The notes beneath the pieces are model-generated. The model was not told where the DNA came from and made no database searches. It saw nothing but the letters and a program-made list of their open reading frames with translations. Below are positions 10,586-20,139 of a stretch of DNA of 64,000 nt, in pieces. Every line of letters starts with the position of its first letter. Position 1 is the first letter of the stretch. The DNA is taken from the IMG/VR virus record IMGVR_UViG_3300027754_000034, positions 62,001 through 126,000 of that record. One strand, 5' to 3'. Made by a program: the position numbers and the translations under genes.

Positions 10586-11878
10586 ATGGACCCTGTTTTA
10601 TTAAGTAATGCTCTGAAAATTATTGCGAATAAAATAGACTATGATCAGTATCCTTCTAGATTCAAGATAGCGAATCAGCTAGAATTTTTAGTAGCAGGGT
10701 TGTTTCCCGAGTCATCCACTCCCAAATACAATGCGGAGGGCGACCTTATTAAGGTCATTCCGCCTAAATTACCTAATGCTCCGAAGGTCGAACATGGACT
10801 TAAGGAGATTACAGAAACTCGCGAAAAGAGAGAACGAGAGAGAGAGCGACAAAAATACGCTCCGGAAGTGACCGAAAAGAATCATCCTAAATCCTATGAC
10901 CAAAACACGGTTGATAAGCTAATTAAAGAAAACGTTTTATATTATGAAGTGAAGACTAAGTGTCCTTATTGTGGTTGGAGCACTGATGAAGAGACCATGG
11001 AATGTCCAATATGCGAAGAACAAGTGAAAAATGGTCGTGATCCGCATTTCAATGCTACATATAATCCGGCTCGACATGTCGTAAAAGTTTCAAAGATTTT
11101 AAAGATATATGATGTAGATTCCTTTGTAGATTACTTAAAATACAACGATAAGGATACATACTCTCAAAAAGAATTAGAAATCATCTCAGGAACCACTAAT
11201 ATCCCAGATAGTAAACTTAAAACTCAACTATTAGACTTAGGTTACAGTCTAAAGTCTCTATCTTCTAAAGATACTGACTTCGAATATTCTAGTCTAGAAA
11301 GGTTTATCACGCACATAAAGGATAATGATAAAGACTACTGTACTGAGCAGCAGTTAAATAAACTATTGAACTCCTTAAGCACAAATGGTTTACCAGGATT
11401 AAACAAGACCACCAAAGACATCGTAGCCGATCCCAATAAAGCTGAGCAAAAACTATTTTTAGAGACATATTTAGTAGAGAATGGAATTACCATCGGGGAA
11501 TTAAAGCCCACCTTTAAGCCCATGGATGATAAATCCGAAAAAATTTCTCCAAAACAAAAAGCTCTGGGAAAGAAATATTTAGAGTTATCAAAAATTTTAA
11601 AAGATAAGCATGGAGAAGATGTTCCGGCAGAAAAAGTGAAGTTATTTGTACAAGTTAATTTCTTAACGAACGTAGTGGGGGTCGGACCCGTTGTAGAAGC
11701 TTGGTTAAATGCGCAATATGAAGAAGTGGCTCGAGACTTCAGCATATCAAAGAGAGAAATATTGAAGATGATAGCTCAGGAAATGATTCCTGATGAGTAT
11801 GAGTATGGTGGTCTATATGAAGCCGTAGAAGAGGCTCTAACTAGACCCGAGTCATCAAGATTCATTAGACTATCTTAG
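10586..11878 (+). CDS. Hypothetical protein with extended N-terminal leader and Zn ribbon
   Basis: 430-aa ORF. CPYC...CPIC. The N-terminal 39 aa align with those of 53153..53710. Confidence 0.7.
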   Translation: MDPVLLSNALKIIANKIDYDQYPSRFKIANQLEFLVAGLFPESSTPKYNAEGDLIKVIPPKLPNAPKVEHGLKEITETREKRERERERQKYAPEVTEKNHPKSYDQNTVDKLIKENVLYYEVKTKCPYCGWSTDEETMECPICEEQVKNGRDPHFNATYNPARHVVKVSKILKIYDVDSFVDYLKYNDKDTYSQKELEIISGTTNIPDSKLKTQLLDLGYSLKSLSSKDTDFEYSSLERFITHIKDNDKDYCTEQQLNKLLNSLSTNGLPGLNKTTKDIVADPNKAEQKLFLETYLVENGITIGELKPTFKPMDDKSEKISPKQKALGKKYLELSKILKDKHGEDVPAEKVKLFVQVNFLTNVVGVGPVVEAWLNAQYEEVARDFSISKREILKMIAQEMIPDEYEYGGLYEAVEEALTRPESSRFIRLS

Positions 11879-11916
11879 AGTGAGGTATAATATACCTTTC
11901 TTCTATATAGAGCATC

Positions 11917-12612
11917 ATGATAGTGAAAGGAATACCGTTACTTTCTGCGGATTCGGCCAGAAAGAGTAGTCTGACTAGTGTAATATATCATATGGATCGA
12001 GAATTCCTGTCTAAAACGGAGCAACAGGAATGGACTAATCGTAGAATATCCGAAGTAAATAAATTTTACTCGGCTTACAACGCTTTAGTAGAAAAAGGCA
12101 TAGAATTACTGGACGAAAGTACCAGTCTACAAATACTATGTCCATTTCATGATGATAAGAATAAACCTTCAGCTAGATATTATGCAGCTTCCGGAAATAA
12201 AGCAAGTCATTTTTATTGCTTTAAATGCAAAGACCGGTTAGATGGAATAGCCTTACACTCAAGATTTAATTCTAATAAATATTATGAGTCTTTATCTGCA
12301 CTAGAAAAGCGATTCGGAATTAAGGTACCTAAGAAACCTGATAATGTTCACATTCCACTGGTTGAACGGACAGCTGGTTATAAGTCTAGTGCTTGGAATG
12401 ATGTTCCTAGATTCCTCGAAATACTTGAAAATAAACTAATTAGAAACCGTCACAAAGCTACACTTCCTGAGTATATTAAAGTTAATAGAATGATGGACGC
12501 CATTAGATGGGATCATAATGTGACAGGAAGTTCGACTCCTGAAATGATATCTTCTTTAGAAAAAGCCTCAAGATTCATTGATAGTTTTTTCGTTGTCGAA
12601 GAATTACTTTGA
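11917..12612 (+). CDS. CHC2 zinc-finger protein (primase Zn-binding domain, no TOPRIM)
   Basis: CPFHDDKNKPSA...FYCFKC. Confidence 0.8.
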   Translation: MIVKGIPLLSADSARKSSLTSVIYHMDREFLSKTEQQEWTNRRISEVNKFYSAYNALVEKGIELLDESTSLQILCPFHDDKNKPSARYYAASGNKASHFYCFKCKDRLDGIALHSRFNSNKYYESLSALEKRFGIKVPKKPDNVHIPLVERTAGYKSSAWNDVPRFLEILENKLIRNRHKATLPEYIKVNRMMDAIRWDHNVTGSSTPEMISSLEKASRFIDSFFVVEELL

Positions 12613-12891
12613 TTTTCTTTTCTTTGACTTCATCCTTTTGAACATTTCTACTTGTTGAAGCCTTTCTTCAGCTTGGGTCTTCGATGGATAACATCCTCCA
12701 GACCATTCCGGATTGTTTTCGCTATATACACACCACTGCTCTTTATTCTTGGTTTTTCTAACGTAACTCACTTTAGATTCACCACGAGGCAGTGAAGATT
12801 CTGAATGCCCATAATCTGATCTGTCGCTTAGTGGAGAGCTTATCATGGCAATACGACTGGCAATACGAACTAGCATATTTTTAACATTCAT
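12604..12891 (-). CDS. Small phage protein (WCVxS...GCY...AEERLQQVE domain) with IA leader
   Basis: ATG at 12891 gives MNVKNMLVRIASRIA. The C-terminal domain resembles small head-associated phage domains. Confidence 0.7.
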   Translation of the reverse strand: MNVKNMLVRIASRIAMISSPLSDRSDYGHSESSLPRGESKVSYVRKTKNKEQWCVYSENNPEWSGGCYPSKTQAEERLQQVEMFKRMKSKKRKSK

Positions 12892-12927
12892 CGAAAATTT
12901 CTTATCTGAAAACGTCAAATCTTCAAC

Positions 12928-13524
12928 ATGCTTTGGAAATTTCCGATGAAGCCCATGAAGGTAGACGAAGATATTTTTAAAAGGGTTAATTGTGATGATT
13001 ATATCATGGAGAAAAAATATGATGGATATCGTGTCATTATTCAGAAAGATATAACCATTAAGCTATTCAGTAGACATAAGAATCGATTTGATATACCTAC
13101 GAATTTAATCGATCAACTCAATAGCATGCAGATACCTAATGGCACAGTTTTTGATGGAGAAATATGGAATTTAAATAAACGAGGTTCTTGGAATTATTCT
13201 AAAGAAGACGAGTGCAAGATTACATTATGGGATACCATGATATGGAATCATAAAGATGTTACTCATGAAACTATCGAGAAGAGATATGGGTACCTGAGCG
13301 GGCTCACTAGCGATTGTGGTAGTATAAATGTGATATCTAGACACGAAGTAAATCCTACTGTGTTCAATCAAATCAAGAAGGACGCTTACGAACACAGGAA
13401 ATTGAATGATAATAGGTCAGGATTTATCCATGGAGTGGTTCTAAAGAAGAAAGAATCTATGAGAAGGGACGATCCTAAAAGAACGAAGGAACATCCGGAC
13501 TGGTTAAAGATCGTATTGTTTTAA
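12928..13524 (+). CDS. Minimal ATP-dependent DNA ligase (adenylation domain only)
   Basis: EKKYDGYR (motif I), FSRH, FDGEI (III), WDTM (IIIa), GVVLKK (IV), WLKI (V). Confidence 0.85.
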   Translation: MLWKFPMKPMKVDEDIFKRVNCDDYIMEKKYDGYRVIIQKDITIKLFSRHKNRFDIPTNLIDQLNSMQIPNGTVFDGEIWNLNKRGSWNYSKEDECKITLWDTMIWNHKDVTHETIEKRYGYLSGLTSDCGSINVISRHEVNPTVFNQIKKDAYEHRKLNDNRSGFIHGVVLKKKESMRRDDPKRTKEHPDWLKIVLF

Positions 13525-13970
13525 TGTATATCGAATTTGTAGATTATCATATAAAGTTATCCAACGGCGAAACAATCAACATTGCCGAGCTAGATCTAAA
13601 CAGGGTAGATGACTTATATATAAGAGAGTATTTTAGTGTAAAGCGAAAAATCGTTCAGTGGATACCTTTCATTCCCAGAAAAATAATAGAAGAAGCCAAA
13701 ACCGGTTACGATTCGAACTTCAAAAAATATTTAGGAAGTCCTCCCCAGGCCGTATTAAACCGAATAGATAATACCAAGTGTAATGAGAGATATTTTTGTG
13801 CTTCGTACAGACCAGATCTTTGTACTTTGAAACCATCAATACAAAAAAGGGAAGGTGATTATCCCAGGTGTTGGCTATATGAGTCAATCATGAAGTCTGA
13901 ACGACTTATTTTATCTAGCTTAATATTTAAAATGAAAGAAGGGTTCCATATTATTATTGTTTCGGATTAA
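13524..13970 (+). CDS. Hypothetical protein
   Basis: 148-aa ORF translationally coupled to the ligase (TAATG). Confidence 0.6.
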   Translation: MYIEFVDYHIKLSNGETINIAELDLNRVDDLYIREYFSVKRKIVQWIPFIPRKIIEEAKTGYDSNFKKYLGSPPQAVLNRIDNTKCNERYFCASYRPDLCTLKPSIQKREGDYPRCWLYESIMKSERLILSSLIFKMKEGFHIIIVSD

Positions 13971-14976
13971 TTTCGTCCATGAGTTCGTTAAATAACATCT
14001 TGGCCCGAGTTGTTAGCACTTTTGGAATGATCGGGTTTAATGTGATCAGAAGATTACCAACACCGTGGTGGCTTTTAAATCCAGCATTATCTACACAATA
14101 TATATCACCCGAATCTGTACAAGGATTAATGATTAAGATATGATTACTTCCCCACGGAGTACAAATTTCCATTTTACCGCCATGCACCATAATGTTCAGT
14201 GGAATTTTCATGGCAGTATGGATATCATTTTCGTGTCGAAGATAATTAGAAATCGACTGTACTAATATTATGATGTATAATTCTCCAGGTGGATTTCCCG
14301 GCTGTCCTTTTCCTGATACTCTTAGTGTATCCCCATTCTTCACTCCGGATGGTATCGATACTATTATTGGCTTTTCCTTAAGTAATTTACCAACTCCGGA
14401 ACAGGCTACACACGATAGGAGAGGCCTGCTACCTCTTCCTGAACATGAAGGGCACTTTCTTGTAGATACGTGAAATATCTCTTGTATACACCCTGACCCT
14501 CCACAACTACCACAATTGATGAACTTGGTGCCTGCCCTGGCTCCCATTCCGTTGCATTCAATACAGTCTTCTATAGACATGCTTGGGAATGATCTCTTTG
14601 TTCCCAAGTATGATTCTGTAAAACTAATCCTAGATTCTATATAGACATCTTCCCCAGGGGAATCGAAGTACGCATGTTTTCGTTTAAACGCATTACCATG
14701 CATATGGTTAAATGGCTTAAATATTTCATCAAAAATCGCTTTCTGGAAATCCCCAGGAGGAAATAACTTTCTATCATATTCTAATTTCTTTTGAGGATTT
14801 GATAGCGTAGCATATGCCTCATTTATTTTCTTGAAAAATGCCTCTGCATGGTCATTCCCCGGATTTTTGTCGGGATGATGTTCTGATACTAATTTTTTAT
14901 ATGCCTTCTTAACGTCCTCATCCTTCGATTCTTTTGGAATCCCCAATACTTCGTAGTATGATTGATTCATAACCAA
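13954..14976 (-). CDS. dnaJ: DnaJ (class A Hsp40)
   Basis: YYEVLGI...HHPDKNPG J domain, four CxxCxGxG repeats, C-terminal IPSGVKNGDTLRVSGKG. Confidence 0.95.
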   Translation of the reverse strand: MVMNQSYYEVLGIPKESKDEDVKKAYKKLVSEHHPDKNPGNDHAEAFFKKINEAYATLSNPQKKLEYDRKLFPPGDFQKAIFDEIFKPFNHMHGNAFKRKHAYFDSPGEDVYIESRISFTESYLGTKRSFPSMSIEDCIECNGMGARAGTKFINCGSCGGSGCIQEIFHVSTRKCPSCSGRGSRPLLSCVACSGVGKLLKEKPIIVSIPSGVKNGDTLRVSGKGQPGNPPGELYIIILVQSISNYLRHENDIHTAMKIPLNIMVHGGKMEICTPWGSNHILIINPCTDSGDIYCVDNAGFKSHHGVGNLLITLNPIIPKVLTTRAKMLFNELMDEINPKQ

Positions 14977-15040
14977 AAAAACAGATGAAATTGAGTGTAC
15001 ATTAGTAGGATTTTTAAACTATACTCCGCGTGAAAGATTT

Positions 15041-17836
15041 ATGATGTTCCTGCAACAAATCGACGATCGACCTGCATTTGACCGACCATGGATGCAAGAT
15101 TACAAATTTCATTTAGTAGACAGTATAGACAAATTAAAGAAATTAGTAGATATATGTGTTCAGAAAAGGGTATATAGTATAGACCTTGAGTCTACCGGGG
15201 TCGATACTAGAGTATATCCGGATGAATACTTTGGTGATGGGAAGAAAACACGTCATGGAATGAGGACTGTGGATAGAGTCGTAGGCGTCTGCATGTCTTT
15301 CGACGGTATTAATGGATATTACGTACCATTATCACACGAACCTGAAGGATCGGATAACCTTGATTGGGACTTAGCATGGGACGAACTAGAAAGATTAGCC
15401 CATAGCGGAGCTAAAGCCATACTTCACAACAGCAAGTTCGACTGTGAGTTGCTATATCCCCTGATTAATAAAGAGCAGTGGAAAGTAGATGAGTACGAAG
15501 ACACCTTCTTGATGGTCAAGGTGATCAACCCTCTTAAGGGAAACCCAAGTGGTCTCAAGCCACTCACCAAGCAGCTTTTTGGTGTGGACATGATTGAGTT
15601 ACATGATCTTTTCACTACTGAAATGGTGGCTCAGCTTAAGAGAGAAAAGAGGTCTACTCACAACTTTGCTGTTCTTCATCCAAAGGAAGGATTAGCATAT
15701 GGTTGCTCAGATGGAATTTTCACATATAAACTGTACTTTGCGCTACAAGAGAAATTAAGTGATAATGATAGAAAGATATATAGTCTCGAAAAGAGCTTTT
15801 GCAACGTTCTCAGAAAGATGGAAAGGAATAGGGTACATGTAGACATAGAAAGAGTAAAGGAACTATCTACAGAATGTGATAGAGAACTTGAGGAAGTGGG
15901 AGATATCATAAGGAATATCATAGAAAATAATACAGGGAGAACCAAGAAGTGGCTCACTCTGAATGTCGGGTCTCCTAAGCAATTATCGCACGCCATGATT
16001 ACTGATCCTGAGGGACTGAAATTAAAACCGACACAGTTTATGTTAGGAGAAAATCCGACTGAGTTAAATCAAGAATCTGATGAAGATAATGATTATGAAT
16101 CTGAAGCTAATTCTGGAGAAATTAAACAATATACTCTGAAAGATGAGGCTCTAAAATCTCTTCACGAGGCATACGGGAAAAAATTTGTAGTAACTAGAAG
16201 CGGACATAATGATAAGAATGGGAATCCTAAGTCAGAAAGTTTATTTGAATTAATCATAGAGTGGCGTCATTATCTTAAGATGAAAGGTAGCTATATAGAG
16301 CCACTTTCACTGGCAGTGGATAAGAATGGAGATGTTAGACCCGATTTTAGACAAATGGGAACAGATACTGCCAGATTAGCATCCCGAGCAGGTGAGATTG
16401 AAAATGGTTACTCTGGTATAAATTTCCAAGGGATTCCTAGAGATTCAGACGATGATAAACCTGACTTATTTAAGCAAATTAGAACATGTATAATACCAAG
16501 ACCGGGATGGGTTCTAGTAAAATTAGACTTCGCAGGTGAAGAATTACGGGTAGTCACAAATCTCTCGGGAGACCCAATATGGACTGACTCCTTCCTGAAT
16601 AAGGATGGTGATGTTCATAAAATCACTGCAAAAACCCTGTTTGGTAAAGAATCTGTTTCCAAGGATGAACGGAATCGTGGGAAAAGAAGCAACTTTGCCT
16701 TCATATATGGTGGCGGAGCAGGAGCAATTCAACGCAATGTTGGCTGCTCCATGGAAGATGCCCAGAGACACATGGAGAATCTAAGAAGAGACGTTCCGGT
16801 TCTCATGGGGTACGTAGAAAGTCAAAAGAACTTTGCTAAGCGCAACAAGTGCATATTTACTGCTTATGGCAGAAGAATACCCATCCCAACCATAGATTCT
16901 CCCATTCGAGCCATTCGCTCGAAAGCCGAAAGATGTGCTATCAATTACACTATTCAAGCTACCTCGGCTGATGTCCTAAAATTCGCGATGTGCTTCGTAG
17001 ATAAGAACATTAAGGCGAATGGGTGGGAAGACAAAATTAAATATGTTCTTACAGTTCATGACGAAGTAGTATATGAGATTAAACCAGAGCTATTGATGGA
17101 GGCAGTTCGTAAATTAGATGAGTGGATGACTCTCCCATGGAAGCTTCCTAAGGCACATGGAAGAGACTGGGTCGTCCCACTTCTTACGGAACCGGGCATT
17201 GATTTAAACTGGAAGGCACGATTTGACTATTTTAAAATGGTAGACGGCATTCCTGCAGAATCAAAATATGTTGATGGAGATATTTATACCGGAAAGTTGA
17301 AGAGCGATGAGTACTTCCGCGACAATAAAATATATCAGGTTATACCAGAATTTTTAATTCCATACATTCACAGATATGATGGTAGCGGCGTAAATAATAA
17401 AGAAAACTCCCCGCAAGGTCCTTATGACACCACAATAAATGTTAAGTCAACTACGCCTACGGAGGTTGGAATAAAAACTGATTTTGAGATACCCACCACT
17501 CAAGAACAGTCTATTGAATTAAAGAATACTATAGTAAATACTTCAATCATAAAGAATGAAAATAAATATATAGATATAGATACGAAAACCCAAGATACTC
17601 ATGACATTCTTCCATTAGCCAGTAGTCCCCCTAAAGAGGTGCATCGATTCGTTATCCGGTGTGTTTTAAACAAGTCGAACTTAAGGAAATTAGAAGCAGT
17701 ATGTATCCTGGCAGAGGGCGAAACTCCACTAAGAATTGTAAAACAAGATGGAAAGATATTGGTAAATGAATCAGAATCACCTCGAATAGATGTTGCAGCG
17801 TTCAATACTCTAGTAAGACTATTCGGAGTCGGTTAG
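15041..17836 (+). CDS. polA: Family A DNA polymerase with 3'-5' exonuclease
   Basis: DLEST (ExoI), HNSKFD (ExoII), YGCSD (ExoIII), DFAGEELRV (motif A), RGKRSNFAFIYG (motif B), TVHDEV (motif C). Confidence 0.96.
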   Translation: MMFLQQIDDRPAFDRPWMQDYKFHLVDSIDKLKKLVDICVQKRVYSIDLESTGVDTRVYPDEYFGDGKKTRHGMRTVDRVVGVCMSFDGINGYYVPLSHEPEGSDNLDWDLAWDELERLAHSGAKAILHNSKFDCELLYPLINKEQWKVDEYEDTFLMVKVINPLKGNPSGLKPLTKQLFGVDMIELHDLFTTEMVAQLKREKRSTHNFAVLHPKEGLAYGCSDGIFTYKLYFALQEKLSDNDRKIYSLEKSFCNVLRKMERNRVHVDIERVKELSTECDRELEEVGDIIRNIIENNTGRTKKWLTLNVGSPKQLSHAMITDPEGLKLKPTQFMLGENPTELNQESDEDNDYESEANSGEIKQYTLKDEALKSLHEAYGKKFVVTRSGHNDKNGNPKSESLFELIIEWRHYLKMKGSYIEPLSLAVDKNGDVRPDFRQMGTDTARLASRAGEIENGYSGINFQGIPRDSDDDKPDLFKQIRTCIIPRPGWVLVKLDFAGEELRVVTNLSGDPIWTDSFLNKDGDVHKITAKTLFGKESVSKDERNRGKRSNFAFIYGGGAGAIQRNVGCSMEDAQRHMENLRRDVPVLMGYVESQKNFAKRNKCIFTAYGRRIPIPTIDSPIRAIRSKAERCAINYTIQATSADVLKFAMCFVDKNIKANGWEDKIKYVLTVHDEVVYEIKPELLMEAVRKLDEWMTLPWKLPKAHGRDWVVPLLTEPGIDLNWKARFDYFKMVDGIPAESKYVDGDIYTGKLKSDEYFRDNKIYQVIPEFLIPYIHRYDGSGVNNKENSPQGPYDTTINVKSTTPTEVGIKTDFEIPTTQEQSIELKNTIVNTSIIKNENKYIDIDTKTQDTHDILPLASSPPKEVHRFVIRCVLNKSNLRKLEAVCILAEGETPLRIVKQDGKILVNESESPRIDVAAFNTLVRLFGVG

Positions 17837-18046
17837 ACTCTTTAATCTGGCTGCTGCGGCTGCTAGAATTGAAACGTTGTACACCAGAACAATACGGAGA
17901 TCTTCTTTGACTTCCCCATTCTTTATTAATTCAAGCTCGCGTCGAGCAAAATCATTAAGTTCCTCAATCAATAACTCAGTCTTAATATGTTCGACTATGT
18001 TAAGACTGTCTATCCATTCTTGATCTGTCAGGTAATCTTTAATCAT
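17819..18046 (-). CDS. Hypothetical protein
   Basis: 75-aa ORF filling the gap, helical composition. Confidence 0.45.
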   Translation of the reverse strand: MIKDYLTDQEWIDSLNIVEHIKTELLIEELNDFARRELELIKNGEVKEDLRIVLVYNVSILAAAAARLKSLTDSE

Positions 18047-18299
18047 GGAAAACTTTACCTTCGGTAGGATACCATCCCGGGATATAGTGATAAGTATACA
18101 GAAATGTAAAGGGATTGAAATAATGGCAGATTTATCTTTCCCGGGTTATAATGAGAAAATAGAATGTCCTGATGACCACATATCCTTCTATGCAGACTTG
18201 TTAGGGGACTATGGTCCTAGCTGTAGACTGGTTTTCTTTGTCAGAGAGGAACAAGATATCATGGGGAGAATTGCGATTGTGGAAGGAATGGCAGGATGA
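18045..18299 (+). CDS. Hypothetical protein
   Basis: ORF overlapping the dcd start (ATGA). The true start may be internal. Confidence 0.5.
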   Translation: MENFTFGRIPSRDIVISIQKCKGIEIMADLSFPGYNEKIECPDDHISFYADLLGDYGPSCRLVFFVREEQDIMGRIAIVEGMAG

Positions 18300-18874
18300 G
18301 TGTGATATCAGGTAAGAAAATTCTGGAAGAAATAGGTAATGGTTCAATCGTAATAAACCCCTTCGATATGAACCATTTAAATCCGATCTCTGTCGACTTG
18401 ACATTAGGATCTAAAGTAGCAGTCTACGAGTCAGTAACCGAGATTAGGCATGGCGAGATAGAAATTAAATCTGGCAGTTACATTGATTCGAAAAAAGAAG
18501 AACCTGTACATACATTTGACATACCAGACTCAGGGTTGGTTTTAAAACCGGGAATCGGTTATTTAATGCACACCCATGAAATGGTGGGGACTAAAAAGTA
18601 TGTTCCAATTATTGACGGTAAATCTAGCGTGGGACGATTGTTTATTCAAATCCATTCGACAGCAGGGTTGGGTGATCCAGGATTCTTTGGTCAGTTCACT
18701 TTAGAGGTCATGGTCTCACAGAAAGTAAAGGTATATAAAGGCATGCGTATAGGGCAAGTACGTTTCTATGAAATATCGGGAGAATATGACAGTTATGAAA
18801 CTACAGGGAACTATAATGGGATCAACGCCATAGGGCCGATCCCATCGAAGCTATGGAAGTCTTTTAATGGATAG
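18296..18874 (+). CDS. dcd: dCTP deaminase
   Basis: NPISVDLTLG, GKSSVGRL, AGLGDPGFFGQFTLE, GMRIGQV. Confidence 0.93.
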   Translation: MSVISGKKILEEIGNGSIVINPFDMNHLNPISVDLTLGSKVAVYESVTEIRHGEIEIKSGSYIDSKKEEPVHTFDIPDSGLVLKPGIGYLMHTHEMVGTKKYVPIIDGKSSVGRLFIQIHSTAGLGDPGFFGQFTLEVMVSQKVKVYKGMRIGQVRFYEISGEYDSYETTGNYNGINAIGPIPSKLWKSFNG

Positions 18875-19403
18875 ACAGGAATTTTTAGGAAATGGTTTTG
18901 TAGAATTATTGGAAACCAATCCTCACGATAGAAATGTCTCTATTAAATTATGTATGCCATGCAACTTATTTCAGACAGTCACACCACAATTATTATCTCA
19001 CGGATTAATAGATGAATTTGCGGTAAGAAATCCGATCATCACGTGGATGCCTCAACTCACCATTGAAAGATTCTGCGTTAATGGACTTGATAAGGAAACT
19101 ATAAATACTGTTAATATCTGCCTGAAGGATGAAATAATGAGAATATCAAATTTATTCATACATATGTCTAATTATTTACATGACCCTTCAGACTTGGTTC
19201 CGATGTTACCTATGGGCGTTTACATAGAGTGTACCTATAGATGTTCCGTGGATAAAATCATCAAAATATTAGAAGGCATAGATAGTATTAAAGTGATTGG
19301 CGTATCCGAGTTTCAATGGGCGATGGCGAGTGTATTGGGTTATGTTCTAGACATTTTTTCTAGAATAGACAAAGACAGAATTAGCCAGAAACTATTACGC
19401 TGA
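18867..19403 (+). CDS. Degenerate ThyX (flavin-dependent thymidylate synthase)-fold protein
   Basis: The LGNGFVELL start, QLLSHG..DEFAVRN (vs QxxRHR..NExSxRY) and LPMGVYIECTY..S segments align with ThyX. Coupled to dcd. Confidence 0.5.
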   Translation: MDRQEFLGNGFVELLETNPHDRNVSIKLCMPCNLFQTVTPQLLSHGLIDEFAVRNPIITWMPQLTIERFCVNGLDKETINTVNICLKDEIMRISNLFIHMSNYLHDPSDLVPMLPMGVYIECTYRCSVDKIIKILEGIDSIKVIGVSEFQWAMASVLGYVLDIFSRIDKDRISQKLLR

Positions 19404-20139
19404 CTTCATACCAAGAAAATCGTGAGTTATACTTCCGTTCACACTTGGTGAATCTGAATTTTTTAACTCCATCTTTGATCATTTTTAGTGCTAACGATCT
19501 CCCAAACAATTCGGACCGAATAAAAGATGGGTTAAATGATTGGAAAACTCCATTTATCGCTTCTCTTCCTACTTCTAAAATCTTCTCATCACCTTCTTCT
19601 TCACTTATTTCACATTCTTGGTTCAGTAAAAAGGAAATAGCAACGTCAAGTATACTTGACGGTTCCTTTATGTGCTTTAACGCTGGACTGTTGGGATATG
19701 ACTTCTCGATATTTGCTAACTTGGTCTTCTCATGTACAGCTAGCGTTATTCCGCTTGATATCTTAGGATGTATCTGTATCGGCCCAGGTCTTATTCTTCC
19801 ATCTTCAGTGGTCACTGGAGACGCATGGTAAAGCATGTCCGGCGTAATTCTTAGTATTGCTTTTCCGTCTTTGCCTATTAAATAATTTCCAGGGTTTTTC
19901 CGAAGTTCGATAATTTCTTGTGATATTTTTTCACATTCTTTTTCTTTATCGTTAAGATCGTATTCTTCAGATAAATGACACATCAGTGTTTCTTTTAATT
20001 CCAACACTGTGTTACATAATGATAAGGACTTCCAAAGTTTTTTGTTGTTATTTATTTCATATTTAATTCTAAAACTGAATGATACTTCTGTAGAAAGGTC
20101 GTTTTTTTGATAAAGATCGATATCCATTTCAGCTCCCAA
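19381..20139 (-). CDS. Hypothetical protein
   Basis: 252-aa ORF, coupled to the upstream gene. Confidence 0.65.
   Translation of the reverse strand: MGAEMDIDLYQKNDLSTEVSFSFRIKYEINNNKKLWKSLSLCNTVLELKETLMCHLSEEYDLNDKEKECEKISQEIIELRKNPGNYLIGKDGKAILRITPDMLYHASPVTTEDGRIRPGPIQIHPKISSGITLAVHEKTKLANIEKSYPNSPALKHIKEPSSILDVAISFLLNQECEISEEEGDEKILEVGREAINGVFQSFNPSFIRSELFGRSLALKMIKDGVKKFRFTKCERKYNSRFSWYEVSVIVSG

Noticed and set aside
15041-17836. Intein in PolA, DnaB or RecA
   Set aside because: No C/S...HN-C/S/T junctions or LAGLIDADG blocks, and the lengths are explained without them.
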